The notes: generated by a model not told the origin, from the sequence alone. Positions 41,958-53,311 are shown, numbered from the stretch's first letter. The stretch is 64,000 nucleotides of DNA from Alphaproteobacteria bacterium (GCA_965248815.1 CBDFKK010000002.1:16995-80994), one strand, 5' to 3'. Numbers and translations: made by a program.

Positions 41958-42648
41958 TCGGATCGAGACTGAATAGTAGGCGAGGGCCTTCCTCTGCGGG
42001 TTCCGCCGGCGGACTACGATGTACCAAGCCTTCTGCACCGTTGCCCGGGTAAGTGCGGCCCTTAAAAACGGCGACGGCAAAACGAGGAATATGCTGAACG
42101 TTTGCCGGATTACGACAGACCACGCTGGCTGAACTAGGCAAATTCAACGCGCGTCTGTCCACATCGCTTTCGTCGAGCCACTCTGTTCCCTGACCGGCGT
42201 ATGTTGTCAGCAAGCGCAGTGGCACATCATCCATATGAAATCGGCTATCTGCTCTTTTTCGATTGAGCTCGAGGCGTGCGCCGAATCTATTCGCCCCCGA
42301 AATATTGGCGAAAATGCCAACGAGGTTTTTTAGATCGGCAATGAAAAGGCGTCTACCAGGCAAAGGCTCATGCCAATGGAGTTCAACCGCATTTTGAAGC
42401 TTTGCGTCCGCCGTATCTATAGTGACTTCAAACTGACTCTGTTGGAAACGAAGGGACGTGTGGTGATCCAACCATTGAGCAAGGCTTGGCAAGACAGTTC
42501 GGCGCCATATGACAAGATTCAAATTGCTTTCGTGAACACGGGCAAAGTCATGCGCTTGTGCAATTCGAGTATGGGCAAACTTGCGCGTTCGCTCATTCAA
42601 AATTTGATCTAGATAGATATCGCTTGTCGGAAACTGCACGTCTCTCAC
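41950..42648 (-). CDS. Hypothetical protein (232 aa), possibly DUF1826-like
   Basis: Clean ORF. Weak recollection of a DUF1826-type TEW region. Not verifiable here. Confidence 0.3.
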   Translation of the reverse strand: MRDVQFPTSDIYLDQILNERTRKFAHTRIAQAHDFARVHESNLNLVIWRRTVLPSLAQWLDHHTSLRFQQSQFEVTIDTADAKLQNAVELHWHEPLPGRRLFIADLKNLVGIFANISGANRFGARLELNRKRADSRFHMDDVPLRLLTTYAGQGTEWLDESDVDRRALNLPSSASVVCRNPANVQHIPRFAVAVFKGRTYPGNGAEGLVHRSPPAEPAEEGPRLLFSLDPIS

Positions 42649-42705
42649 TCGTAGTACTCAAATACGCTATGAAGGTGTCCAAGAGTCCACTGCCTTCATG
42701 CTAAT

Positions 42706-43563
42706 CTATTTCTTAAGGCGTACCAGCCCTTCTTGCACAACTGAAGCCACTAAAGTTCCGTCGCGCTTAAATATGGATCCGCGGCTAAATCCTCTCGATC
42801 CAAATGCGGATGGACTGTCCTGCGCATAGAGCAACCATTCGTCTGCGCGAAAAGGTCGATGGAACCACATGCCATGGTCGAGGCTTGCCAATTGTGCGCG
42901 TTGATCGAGAAAGCCAAGTCCGTGCGGCAGTAGGCTAGTGTCAAGAAGCGTCATGTCTGAAGCGTAGGCCAAAACGCATTGATGAATTGCCGTGTCTTCG
43001 GGCAAGGGACCGGTTGCCCGAACCCATACATGTTGTGCAGGATCGCGCTTCTCCGGTTTGAGCGGCGATCTGGGGCTGACCGGTCTCAATTCAATTGGGC
43101 GTTCGCGGCGAAACCATCGCGCCATCTCCGGTGGTATTTCTTTCTCAAATTGCGCCAGAAGTTCGGCTTCCGCCATCAGATCTTCAGGTGCCGGGACATC
43201 GGGCATTTCAGCCTGATGTTCGACGCCATCCTCTTCAATGTGAAAAGAAGCTGACATGGTAAATATCGGCCGGCCGTGTTGAATGGCGACGACCCTTCGG
43301 GTTGTAAAACTTCGACCGTCGCGCGCTCGATCAACCTCATAAAGAATAGGAACTTTGGGATCGCCAGGGCGCACAAAGTAGGCGTGGAGTGAATGGGAAT
43401 TGCGTTTGTCGACGGTGCGTGCGGCGGCAACCAGCGCTTGCCCAAGGACTTGACCTCCAAAGACTCGCTGCCAGCTGTCTTCCGGGCTTCGACCGCGAAA
43501 AATATTGACCTCAATTGATTCCAAATCGAGAAGTTGAAGCAGCTTCTCAATGGCTTCACTCAT
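42706..43563 (-). CDS. tesB: Acyl-CoA thioesterase II
   Basis: MSEAIEKLLQLLDLE...FRG...FGGQVLGQAL N-terminus and double hot-dog length. The ATG at 43563 is preferred. Confidence 0.85.
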   Translation of the reverse strand: MSEAIEKLLQLLDLESIEVNIFRGRSPEDSWQRVFGGQVLGQALVAAARTVDKRNSHSLHAYFVRPGDPKVPILYEVDRARDGRSFTTRRVVAIQHGRPIFTMSASFHIEEDGVEHQAEMPDVPAPEDLMAEAELLAQFEKEIPPEMARWFRRERPIELRPVSPRSPLKPEKRDPAQHVWVRATGPLPEDTAIHQCVLAYASDMTLLDTSLLPHGLGFLDQRAQLASLDHGMWFHRPFRADEWLLYAQDSPSAFGSRGFSRGSIFKRDGTLVASVVQEGLVRLKK

Positions 43564-43707
43564 GCGCCGCGCCTCCATAGCCCCGGGGTCTGCCGCTTGT
43601 ATAGCACGCCCCGTGGACTTACGTTGACAATTGACGTAGCGCAATAGTTGGACGGTCGGGTTAGACTAAGCTGCGCTCGTCACTGAACCGAAACATAAAG
43701 TCCAATT

Positions 43708-44424
43708 ATGCCAATCGTGGCCCCCCTTTGCTTTCATACTAATGGCGTGACCAAGGTCTACCATACTGGTGAAGTTGCGGTGCATGCGTTGCGCGGCGTT
43801 GACTTAGACATTCCAGAAGGCGAACTGGTCGTATTGCTCGGCCCTTCCGGCAGCGGGAAATCTACGCTGTTAAATATTTTGGGCGGCATTGATCGGCCCA
43901 CGGCGGGACAAGTGATGTTTCGCGATAAGAACCTGACGGATTGCGACGATGCTGCGCTCACTTGGTATCGCCGCCTGCATGTGGGATTCGTTTTTCAGTT
44001 CTACAACCTTGTTCCGAGCTTGACTGCTCGGGAAAATGTCGCGCTGATCACAGAGATTTCCGAACAACCAATGAAACCGGACGAGGCCTTGGATATGGTC
44101 GGCCTCGGGGATCGGATGGATCATTTTCCGGCTCAAATATCCGGCGGCGAGCAGCAACGGGTCGCTATAGCCCGCGCGATTGCCAAACGACCCGACGTCA
44201 TGCTGTGTGATGAGCCGACGGGGGCGTTGGACAGTCAGACAGGCGTTGTAGTTCTTGATGCATTGTCCCGTGCCAATAAGGAACTGAATACGACCACCGC
44301 AGTCATTACGCATAATGCGCCGATCGCGAACATGGCGGATCGGGTTATCTCATTTGCGGACGGTCACATTCATACCGTCCAGGAAAATTCGCAAAAGGTC
44401 TCCGCCATGGACTTGGAGTGGTAA
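43708..44424 (+). CDS. ABC transporter ATP-binding protein (MacB/LolD-type)
   Basis: Walker [10 protein letters not shown], signature [14 protein letters not shown], Walker [12 protein letters not shown]. Confidence 0.85.
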   Translation: MPIVAPLCFHTNGVTKVYHTGEVAVHALRGVDLDIPEGELVVLLGPSGSGKSTLLNILGGIDRPTAGQVMFRDKNLTDCDDAALTWYRRLHVGFVFQFYNLVPSLTARENVALITEISEQPMKPDEALDMVGLGDRMDHFPAQISGGEQQRVAIARAIAKRPDVMLCDEPTGALDSQTGVVVLDALSRANKELNTTTAVITHNAPIANMADRVISFADGHIHTVQENSQKVSAMDLEW

Positions 44425-44430
44425 GCCGCA

Positions 44431-46793
44431 ATGATGGCGCTTAACAAGAAGCTGATCCGAGATCTATGGCGCCTAAAGGGCCAGGGATTTGCCATCGCTC
44501 TCGTCATCGCCTGCGGCGTCGCCACCATGGTGACTTTTTTCGGCATGCTCTATTCCCTTACGGAAACACGGGATGCCTATTATGAGCGTTACCGGTTTGC
44601 TCATGTCTTTGCCAATCTCAAACGCGGACCACAATATCTAACAAAAAAATTGCGGCGCTCGACGGCGTGGCTGCAGTTGAAAGCCGAATTGTCATTGACG
44701 TTACCTTAGACGTTCCTGACATGATGGAGCCGGCTACTGGACGGCTCGTATCTATTCCGGAACGCAGCGAGCCTAAACTCAATAATTTAGCGCTGCGCCA
44801 AGGCCGTTGGGTCGAAGCGGGTCGCCCGGATGACGTCATCGTCAGTGAGAACTTTGCTGTTGCGCATGGATTTTCTCCAGGCGATTATTTTTTTGCCATT
44901 GTCAATGGAAGGAAACGCCGCCTATCGATTGTCGGAATCGGCTTGTCTCCTGAATACATCTATGCCGTCGGGCCGGGCCAACTTATGCCCGATGACAGGA
45001 CCTTCGGAATCATATGGATGGGACGCAGGGCACTTGAGGCGGCATTTGACCTTAAGGGTGGTTTCAATGAGGTCAGCTTATCGCTGCAGCGCGACGCCTC
45101 TGCTCCAGAGGTGATTGACCGTGTTGACGGCCTACTGGATCGATATGGTGGAGTAGGGGCCTATGATCGTGATGATCACGTGTCTCACGTCTTCATTTCA
45201 AATGAACTTACTCAGCTTGATTTTTTCGGACGTATTCTGCCACCCGTATTCTTAGGCGTTGCCGCATTTCTCTTAAACATCGTCATGTCGCGGCTCATCG
45301 ATACCGAGCGGGAAGAAATCGGACTGTTTAAAGCCTTCGGATATACGAACTTAGAAGTCGGGTGGCACTATTTAAAGCTCGTGATCGTGTTGACAACCCT
45401 TGGCGTTCTTCTCGGCCTCGGCTTGGGGCTGTGGATGGGCCGGGGCCTTGCAGAGATCTATGTTCAATTCTTCAGGTTTCCGTTTTTGCACTACCGGGTT
45501 GAACCGAGCATCTTTGCTATCGCTACGTTGATATCACTAGCTGCCGCCATTGCTGGTACACTTCAATCGGTGCGCCGCGCTGTCAAACTAGAGCCTGCGG
45601 TCGCAATGCGGCCTGCACCGCCTGCCGTATATCGCAAGACACTTTTTAAAAAATTGGGTTTTTCGCACCTTCTGACTGAACCGACACGCATGATTTGGCG
45701 GCACATTGAGCGCTGGCCCGCCCGAGCCGGACTGACTTCGCTCGGCATGTCTATGTCAATTGCAATTTTGGTAGGCTGCCTCTTCCCTTTGGATGCCATA
45801 GAGCAAGTCATTGAAGTATTTTATTTTCAGGCACAGCGTCAGGATGCAACTATTTCTTTCGTCGAACCACGAAACGATTTTGCAAAACGGGTTGTGCTGA
45901 AACTTCCAGGCGTCTTAGCTGCGGAAGAGTTTCGACAAGTCCCGGTGACGCTTAGGTCGCAACACTTTACCGAGCGGGTTGGAATTACAGGCATCAATCC
46001 CGATGCGACTGTCAGCCGCTTGCTTGACTCTGAACTCAGACCCATTGTCCCTCCGCCGGAAGGCCTTGTTCTTTCAACATATTTATCGCGAGTTTTGAAT
46101 GCTGGCCCCGGTGCCGTCGTGCGCGTTGAAACAATGTCTGGCAAGCGCCCCACAGTTGACATGCCGGTCACAGCCGTCGTTGAAGAATACATTGGCCTTG
46201 GCGCTTATATGGATTTGGGCGCGCTGAATAGGCTCATGCAGGAGGGTAATGTCGTCTCTGGTTATAACATCATGGTAGATAGTGCACGTACCTCGGCTCT
46301 TTACGCTGCACTTAAAGAAACGCCAGTAGTCGGTGGCATCACCCTTAAATCAACTGCTCTTCGTTCCTTTCGAGATACAATTGCTGAAACCTTGGCCATT
46401 GCGCTCACGTTTTACATCGCGTTTGGGGGCATGATCGCGTTCGGTGTTGTTTATAATAGTGCCCGCATCAGTTTGTCGGAGCGTTCGCGTGAATTTGCGA
46501 GCTTGCGCGTATTAGGGTTCACTCGATCGGAGGTCGCATTCATTCTTTTGGGCGAGCTCGGATTTTTAACCGTCCTTGCGCTCCCGATTGGATGTTTGCT
46601 TGGTTACATATTTGCCGCCGGAATGGCAGAGAGTTTCAGCAGCGAATTATTTAGAATTCCGCTTTTCATCGCACCATCGACATATGCGATTTCGATGATC
46701 GTTGTAATCGTAGCAGCGGTGCTTTCCGGCATTATTGTTGGACGGCGCATCAATCAACTGGATATGGTCGCAGTCCTAAAAACGAGAGATTGA
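44431..46793 (+). CDS. ABC transporter permease with two FtsX-like domains (MacB-type), frame disrupted in an A7 tract at 44643-44649
   Basis: The N-terminal ORF (44431-44709) and the main ORF (from 44667) belong to one protein. The best join is ...LKRGPQYLTKK | IAALDGVAAVE. An eighth A would restore the frame. Confidence 0.6.
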
Positions 46794-46794
46794 G

Positions 46795-48036
46795 ATGTCG
46801 GATCGTCAATTCTTCAAGCCAAGCAGACGCCGGTCAATCTTATTGGGAGGATTGGCAGCGCTAATTATTATTCTCTTGATCTTCGCGTTTATGCCGCAGC
46901 CGGTACCGGTAGATTTCGGAAGGGTGGAGTCTGGGTCCATGATTGTAACAGTCTCCGATGAAGGCAAAACACGGGTCCGAGACATCTATACAGTTTCAGC
47001 GCCGCTCGATGGTCGCGCGCTTCGCATTGACGCGGAAGTTGGCGATCCAGTTGAGGCGTACAAAACGGCGCTTGCAGCCATCGAGCCGAGCTCGCCGTCG
47101 TTTTTGAACGTGCGGACAAGAGCGCAGGCAGAATCCGCCGTCAAGGCGTCCGAGGCCGCGCAGTCTTTAGCGGCCGCGGAAGTCGCCCGGGCCCAGGCTG
47201 AATTGGAATATGCCGCGTCTGAACTCGATCGGGCCGAGCGACTTTCAAGTCGGGGAAATATATCCAAGAGCGCGCTTGACCGTGCAACGCTCGAAGTTAA
47301 AACAAAGCAATCTGCCTTGGATACGGCCGAGGCATCGCTCCGCGTTAAAGACTTCGAACTGGAAACCGCTAAAGCATCGCTTATTGATCCGGGGACAGGC
47401 GGTTCGACCAATCGAACGCCCGAGAATTGCTGCGTCCCGATTTACGCCCCAGTGGCCGGCCGCGTCTTGCAAATTCTTCACGAGAGCGAGGGTGTGGTCT
47501 CGGCCGGCACACCACTTGTTGAAATTGGAGACCCCCGTGATTTGGAGATCGTGGTAGATCTCTTGTCGACCGATGCTGTCCAAGTGGGCGAGGGCGATGA
47601 CGTCCTGATTGCGGATTGGGGTCAGAGCAATTTACTGAACGGAAAAGTGCGCCGCGTGGAACCCTTCGGTTTCACAAAAGTTTCCGCTCTTGGGATCGAG
47701 GAGCAGCGGGTGAATGTCGTGATCGACCTAACCGATCCACCGGAGGACTGGCGCGCCTTGGGGCACGGCTATCGCGTAGAAACTCGCATCGTAACTTGGA
47801 AACGATCAGACGCTTTGCGCATTCCCTTAAGCGCTCTTTTTAGAGACGGCGACCGATGGTCGACATTCGTCAATGCCAATGGTCGCGCCAAACAGCAATT
47901 CGTCACCATTGAGCATGTCAATGAAGTCGAAGCTGAAGTCATTGAAGGCTTAGAGGGAGGTGACGAAGTCATCCTGCATCCGAGCGAGCGGGTGCTGGAT
48001 GGGGTGCGCGTCGAGGCCCGGCCCAATAGCAGATAG
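46795..48036 (+). CDS. HlyD/MacA-family periplasmic adaptor (membrane fusion protein)
   Basis: N-terminal transmembrane helix, long coiled-coil (AAEVARAQAELEYA...), lipoyl and beta-barrel regions. Confidence 0.8.
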   Translation: MSDRQFFKPSRRRSILLGGLAALIIILLIFAFMPQPVPVDFGRVESGSMIVTVSDEGKTRVRDIYTVSAPLDGRALRIDAEVGDPVEAYKTALAAIEPSSPSFLNVRTRAQAESAVKASEAAQSLAAAEVARAQAELEYAASELDRAERLSSRGNISKSALDRATLEVKTKQSALDTAEASLRVKDFELETAKASLIDPGTGGSTNRTPENCCVPIYAPVAGRVLQILHESEGVVSAGTPLVEIGDPRDLEIVVDLLSTDAVQVGEGDDVLIADWGQSNLLNGKVRRVEPFGFTKVSALGIEEQRVNVVIDLTDPPEDWRALGHGYRVETRIVTWKRSDALRIPLSALFRDGDRWSTFVNANGRAKQQFVTIEHVNEVEAEVIEGLEGGDEVILHPSERVLDGVRVEARPNSR

Positions 48037-48214
48037 TGGTAATTCAGCCAGCAGGCCCTATGTTTCTAGGTCAAACCGGTCCCTGAAGGGGCGTAGCAAG
48101 GTTCAAAGTGGCTGAAATCCAGCGATTTTGTTCTTGCTTGATTTGGCTTAACAATTTGTCCACGAGATTTGTAAACTCTAGGCGGCAAAGTTTTGGGTAA
48201 ATCGAGGAGCGATA

Positions 48215-49318
48215 ATGGCGGATAGACAGCCTGGGTATTTCGTGCAGCTGCTGCAAATGATCGGCAAGATCGTCATCGGCGGTTTTGCAATCATTTTCAT
48301 GATTGTAGTTGGCAGCGCGGCATTGTCGCCTGACACCGCACAGCTGACAGGCGCCGAGGCCAACTACACCCACGTCTTTGGTGACAGCGACAGTTCAAAT
48401 CGATTGCTGAATGTCGAGCTCTTTGGCGAAATCTTGGGGACGCCGCCCGCCTCGGTCCCGAGCCCCTTTGGACTTTTTGGATCCGTGGGCGCGACCTACG
48501 GCTATGCCATAAAAAAGGCACTTGCAGATGCTGCTGAGGACGATGCCATCAAGGGGATCTTTTTGCATACGACGACGCCCGGCGGCACGATCTTCGGATC
48601 GATGGCCATATTTGAAGGCGTAAAGAAGTATCAGCAGGATACTGGCAACCCGGTCGTCGTCTTCGTTGAAGGTATTTCCGCCTCCGGCGGCATTATGGCA
48701 ACAGCAGGTGCTGATGCGATCTACGCCGATAAGGGCAGCCTCATCGGTAGCATTGGTGTCATCGGCGGTGCGTTTCTCTTCTACGACCAGCCAAATAGCA
48801 TCAACCAAGGCATTTTGGGCGGCGGTGTCGGCACTGAAGGTGGAATCGAACAGACGATCATTAGTGCCGGCCGCAGCAAAGATTTGGGCAATCCCTTTAG
48901 ACGACTGACCGATGACGAAAAAGCCGTATTGCAGACGGGCGTCGATACATCTTATCAAGACTTTGTTGGTCACGTTGCACAGGAAAGAAACATTTCTTCA
49001 CAAACCATCGTCGACGAAATGGGCGCTCAGGTCTTTGGCAACAAGCAAGCGGAATCATACGGCTTGATCGATGCGACAAAGGGCTGGGACGAGGCGATTT
49101 TGGAACTTGCCGACCTAGCTGGTGTCGCTGAAGATTATCAACTGGTCGAACGTCGTTCGGTGCAAATCAACCCGCTGCAGCGGCTGTTGCTGTTTGGCAA
49201 GAGCGAACAGGATAAACTAGCGGTTCTCAAAGAGTCGATTGAACGAGATCGGTGTGTTGCATCGCGCCAATTCGTTTTAGTCTATTTTGGCCAGCCTTCT
49301 GCCTTATGCACACGATGA
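48215..49318 (+). CDS. sppA: Signal peptide peptidase SppA (S49 family, 36K type)
   Basis: N-terminal transmembrane helix. S49 core with FVEGISASGGIMATAGADAIYADKGSLIGSIGV. Confidence 0.75.
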   Translation: MADRQPGYFVQLLQMIGKIVIGGFAIIFMIVVGSAALSPDTAQLTGAEANYTHVFGDSDSSNRLLNVELFGEILGTPPASVPSPFGLFGSVGATYGYAIKKALADAAEDDAIKGIFLHTTTPGGTIFGSMAIFEGVKKYQQDTGNPVVVFVEGISASGGIMATAGADAIYADKGSLIGSIGVIGGAFLFYDQPNSINQGILGGGVGTEGGIEQTIISAGRSKDLGNPFRRLTDDEKAVLQTGVDTSYQDFVGHVAQERNISSQTIVDEMGAQVFGNKQAESYGLIDATKGWDEAILELADLAGVAEDYQLVERRSVQINPLQRLLLFGKSEQDKLAVLKESIERDRCVASRQFVLVYFGQPSALCTR

Positions 49319-49435
49319 GTTTTCACTCTTCTGCCGAATAAGCACAAATAGTCTTGGCGACCGTCCTTTAGATCAGAGGTGGTTCGGTTTGTTTGAACAA
49401 CTTTCGGACTGCGGATAAGTGGATTTCAGCCCCTG

Positions 49436-50266
49436 TTATGCCGCGACCGGGATTGGTTGCAGCACGTTGAAGTAAGCCTGATCGGGTGTCTGGCGGTCAA
49501 GCGATGAATGCGGTCTCTTGGTGTTATAAAAGACCAAATATTTGCCGAGGGCGGCTCGGGCTTGTGGAACATTGCCATAGGCATGCAGATAGACCTCCTC
49601 GTATTTGACCGTGCGCCACAGCCGTTCAACAAAGACATTGTCCCGCCACGCTCCCTTGCCATCCATGCTGATGGCGATTTCAGCATCCTTCAGGATTTGT
49701 GTGAAAGCGATGGAGGTAAACTGCGAGCCCTGATCGGTGTTGAAGATGTCCGGCTTACCGTAACGGGCCAGTGCTTCTTCAACGGCTTCAATGCAAAAGT
49801 CTGCTTCCAGTGTGATAGAGAGCCGCCAGGACAGGACACGCCGGCTGAACCAGTCAACCACTGCGGCCAGATAAACAAAGCCCCGTGCCATTGGAATGTA
49901 GGTGATATCCATCGCCCAGACCTGATTGGGTTGGGTGACCGGCAGCTTACGCAACAGATAGGGATAGATTTTGTGGCCCGGTGCAGGCTTGGACGTGTTC
50001 GGGCGGCGATAAATAGCCTCAAGCCCCATACGCTTCATCAGTGTTGTGACGTGCAGGCGGCCAACCTTGTATCCTTCACCAAGCAATAGTCCCTGCAGCA
50101 TCCTGCTGCCTGCAAAGGGATAGTCGAGATGCAATTCATCAATCCGGCGCATCAGTGCCAGATCACCGACCGATACGGGACGGGGCTGATAATAGACGCT
50201 GCCCCGGCTGATCTTGAGCGCCTTGGCCTGACGGCTGAGCGAGAGTTTATGTTTGCGGTCGATCAT
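49436..50266 (-). CDS. ISA transposase OrfB
   Basis: As the other copies. Confidence 0.85.
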   Translation of the reverse strand: MIDRKHKLSLSRQAKALKISRGSVYYQPRPVSVGDLALMRRIDELHLDYPFAGSRMLQGLLLGEGYKVGRLHVTTLMKRMGLEAIYRRPNTSKPAPGHKIYPYLLRKLPVTQPNQVWAMDITYIPMARGFVYLAAVVDWFSRRVLSWRLSITLEADFCIEAVEEALARYGKPDIFNTDQGSQFTSIAFTQILKDAEIAISMDGKGAWRDNVFVERLWRTVKYEEVYLHAYGNVPQARAALGKYLVFYNTKRPHSSLDRQTPDQAYFNVLQPIPVAA

Positions 50267-50574
50267 TTTCTTGCGCTCGGCAATCCCGCCTTGGTGAGCG
50301 CATCGCCTAAAAAATCATTCTCAAGCGTCAGCTCCCCAATCTTGGCATGGAGCCTCTTCACATCAACACGGGGTGCAGGCAGCGGTGATTTACCCTCCCG
50401 CCCAAAAACACCCGCTGCACCCTCAAGGAGCTGATCTTTCCATTGCTTGATCTGGTTAGGATGAACATCAAACTGCTGAGCGAGTTCTCCCAATGTCTGC
50501 TCACCGCGAACGGCCGCAAGGGCCACCTTCGACTTGAACGCAGGTGTATGATTGCGACGTGGTCGTCTTGCCAT
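50263..50574 (-). CDS. ISA transposase OrfA
   Basis: As the other copies. Confidence 0.8.
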   Translation of the reverse strand: MARRPRRNHTPAFKSKVALAAVRGEQTLGELAQQFDVHPNQIKQWKDQLLEGAAGVFGREGKSPLPAPRVDVKRLHAKIGELTLENDFLGDALTKAGLPSARK

Positions 50575-50675
50575 AGTGGATCTCCTGTTGCCGGCGATCA
50601 TGCCGCCTACAGGCCAAAATTCCACTTATCTCAACTGTGCAGATTTCCCGAGCCACCTCTAATCAATGGACTCGA

Positions 50676-51545
50676 ATGACCCTTACAATTCCGTTTGAGG
50701 AGAATTATGTCACGTCCTCAGACGGCCTATCTTTGTACTATAGGGACTATAATTCTTCGGCGACCGCGACGCCGATCGTCTGTTTGCCCGGGTTGACACG
50801 CAACGCTCGTGACTTCGAGGAGATTGCACCGAGGCTTGCGGCTGAAGGCTGGCGCGTCCTCGCTCCTGATCTGCGCGGACGCGGTCATTCTGACTATGAT
50901 TCAAATCCAGCCAACTACATTCCAACAAAGTATGTTGATGACACGCTTCGGTTCCTTGACGATTTAGACCTTGAGTCCATTTCCATCATCGGAACTTCTC
51001 TCGGCGGCTTGATGGCCATGATCATTGCCAGCGTTGCTCCCGAGCGCTTGCAATCTGTCATTTTGAATGACGTGGGGCCTGAGATTGAACCAACAGGCCT
51101 CGAGCACATTAGATCCTATGTCGGCAAGAGCGTGCCGCGGCAGACATGGAGGGAGGTCGTGCTTGCCTTCAGCGTCACCAATGCACACATCTATCCCAAC
51201 TTACCGGAGCACATGTGGGAAGTGTTGGCGCGTCGTACCCACCGGGAAATGCCGTCTGGTGACATTGTAGCGGACTATGATCCGAAGATTGCGAGCGCCT
51301 TTGCCGGTGCGGAAGGTGTGCAGCCAGCACAGGACCTTTGGCCGCAGTTTGCGGCACTGGGGCAGATTCCAACTCTGGCGTTTAGAGGCGAACTTTCTGA
51401 TATCCTCTCCGTCAAGACATTTAAAGACATGCAAACGCAACATCCGAAAATAGTAGCCGTTACGGTTCATGATCGTGGCCACGTTCCCTTGCTTGACGAG
51501 CCGGAGTGCAAAGCGGCAATCATGAAATTCCTTGGCGACATATAG
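50676..51545 (+). CDS. Alpha/beta hydrolase fold protein
   Basis: GTSLGG nucleophile elbow, HG oxyanion region (CLPGLTRNARDF) and a C-terminal His (DRGHVP). The ATG at 50676 lies 16 bp from the ISA end. Confidence 0.8.
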   Translation: MTLTIPFEENYVTSSDGLSLYYRDYNSSATATPIVCLPGLTRNARDFEEIAPRLAAEGWRVLAPDLRGRGHSDYDSNPANYIPTKYVDDTLRFLDDLDLESISIIGTSLGGLMAMIIASVAPERLQSVILNDVGPEIEPTGLEHIRSYVGKSVPRQTWREVVLAFSVTNAHIYPNLPEHMWEVLARRTHREMPSGDIVADYDPKIASAFAGAEGVQPAQDLWPQFAALGQIPTLAFRGELSDILSVKTFKDMQTQHPKIVAVTVHDRGHVPLLDEPECKAAIMKFLGDI

Positions 51546-51696
51546 CGCGAAGTGCGTCTAACGGTGCCCGCCAAGGGCGCGCTTGAGGCGTGGATCATTC
51601 GAGCATAGGCTACGAATTCATTTGGTAGTTGGCGGCTTGGATAAGCACAATAGCGCCCCACAAAGTCGCCTTCTCAACAGCTTCATGGAGATTTAC

Positions 51697-52677
51697 ATGT
51701 CCGCGTCCGGCAGCCCGCTTCATATGGCAATTATCAGCACGGCAGACCTCCAGCAATCCTTGTCATTCTACCGTGACGTGATCGGCATGGAAGTGGTCTC
51801 CGATAGCAACCTGCAAGGCGGCGGCTTTGAGCATCATTGGGGATTGCCGTCCGGTGCGTCCGCACATAGCGTATTATTGCAAGCCAGCAGAACCGACGTC
51901 GGCCAAGTCTTGCTCCTTCAGTTTTCTCCAGCGAGCGGCAAGAGCATCAAAGAAGAGGGCGTGCGGTCCCATTACGGCCTCTTCAATCTAAATCTTTACG
52001 TCGATGACGTTCATCGCGTCGCCGCAGATCTCAAATCTAAAGGATTTGACCTTTGGTCCGAACCAACGGATGCGGATTTTGATAACAAGGAAGGACTGAC
52101 GGTCGAAGCATTATTCGACGACCCCGACGGCGTGGCCATAAATCTCATCAAACTAGTCGGTGGAGACGAAAATTCATTTATCGGACGGGTGCGGATGGAA
52201 GTCGAAAAAACGGAAAAAACAACAACAGGATTTACGCCGGTCGCCACGTCAGCACATATTGTGAGGGACGGCGAGGCCGCGATCGCCTTTTATCGCGATG
52301 TCTTGGGCATGTCCGTCGCCATGGATCTCGAAATGTCATCTCCAGACTCGAACATCATGTTGGGCCGGCCCAAAGACGGGACGACCCGTTCCGCCTTTCT
52401 TGAAGGCCCTCACATGTATGGCAAAATAGTTGTGTCTCATCCCAAGAACTATGAGCTTCCTGCTAGTATTCCCGGCGCCATCGCTCCTAACACCGGATAT
52501 CTAGCTCAGAGTTTTATCGTCTCGGATCTTGAAGCAGCGCACGCCAAGACGCTTGAGCAGGGTGGCGCGATGTTTTCATCCGCGACAAAGTTAGAAATTC
52601 CCGGGCTCGGCCATCAACAGGCGTCCATCATCGAATGTCCGAGCAGCGGCGCGTTGATCGAACTTATTTCTTCGTAA
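51697..52677 (+). CDS. Two-domain VOC family protein (glyoxalase / extradiol-dioxygenase-like)
   Basis: Two tandem roughly 150-aa modules, each beginning H(M/I)A..S.DL..S..FYRDV(I/L)GM. Confidence 0.7.
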   Translation: MSASGSPLHMAIISTADLQQSLSFYRDVIGMEVVSDSNLQGGGFEHHWGLPSGASAHSVLLQASRTDVGQVLLLQFSPASGKSIKEEGVRSHYGLFNLNLYVDDVHRVAADLKSKGFDLWSEPTDADFDNKEGLTVEALFDDPDGVAINLIKLVGGDENSFIGRVRMEVEKTEKTTTGFTPVATSAHIVRDGEAAIAFYRDVLGMSVAMDLEMSSPDSNIMLGRPKDGTTRSAFLEGPHMYGKIVVSHPKNYELPASIPGAIAPNTGYLAQSFIVSDLEAAHAKTLEQGGAMFSSATKLEIPGLGHQQASIIECPSSGALIELISS

Positions 52678-52888
52678 CAATTCAAGACATCAAATCGATT
52701 TGTCGAATTTTCAAAAAGTTTTCTGCTGCGAAACTAATGCCGAACTTGAAAATTAACCTTCATTAACAAATGGTAAATTGGAGTGGGGCTTAGCCCTCTA
52801 GCGATGGTAGCTTTGAAGAGTATTCGATGCGACTTAGGCATAAAGATGCCGACGCGCACCGGGTAGCTACGTACAGTGGAGGACTTAG

Positions 52889-53311
52889 ATGCTCAAGGAA
52901 TTCAAAGAATTTGCGATGCGAGGAAGCGTCGTTGATTTGGCCGTTGGCGTGATCATTGGGGCCGCTTTTGGCGCAATTGTGAAATTGCTTGTGGATGACG
53001 TCATCATGCCACCGATCGGCTTATTGCTCGGCGGGATCGATTTCTCGAACCTCTTTATTACGCTTTCGGGAGATACTTTTAATACGTTGGCGCAGGCGCA
53101 AGAAGCCGGTGCTGTCACAATCAATTACGGCATATTCTTCAATGCCATCATCCAATTTCTGATTGTGGCCTTCGTGATCTTCATGGTCATTAAGCAGATG
53201 AACAACTTGAAGCGGCAGGAAGAAGAAGCACCTGCAGAACCGCCGGCACCCCCCAAAGAGGAAGTCCTGTTAGAAGAGATCCGAGATATTTTGAAAACAC
53301 GCGGCGCCTAG
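52889..53311 (+). CDS. mscL: Large-conductance mechanosensitive channel
   Basis: [32 protein letters not shown]-terminus. Confidence 0.9.
   Translation: MLKEFKEFAMRGSVVDLAVGVIIGAAFGAIVKLLVDDVIMPPIGLLLGGIDFSNLFITLSGDTFNTLAQAQEAGAVTINYGIFFNAIIQFLIVAFVIFMVIKQMNNLKRQEEEAPAEPPAPPKEEVLLEEIRDILKTRGA

Larger units (their letters stand above)
49375..50660 (-). mobile_element. ISA copy 5 (1286 bp), no target-site duplication
   Basis: Same termini. Flanks ATC and AAT. Confidence 0.9.
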
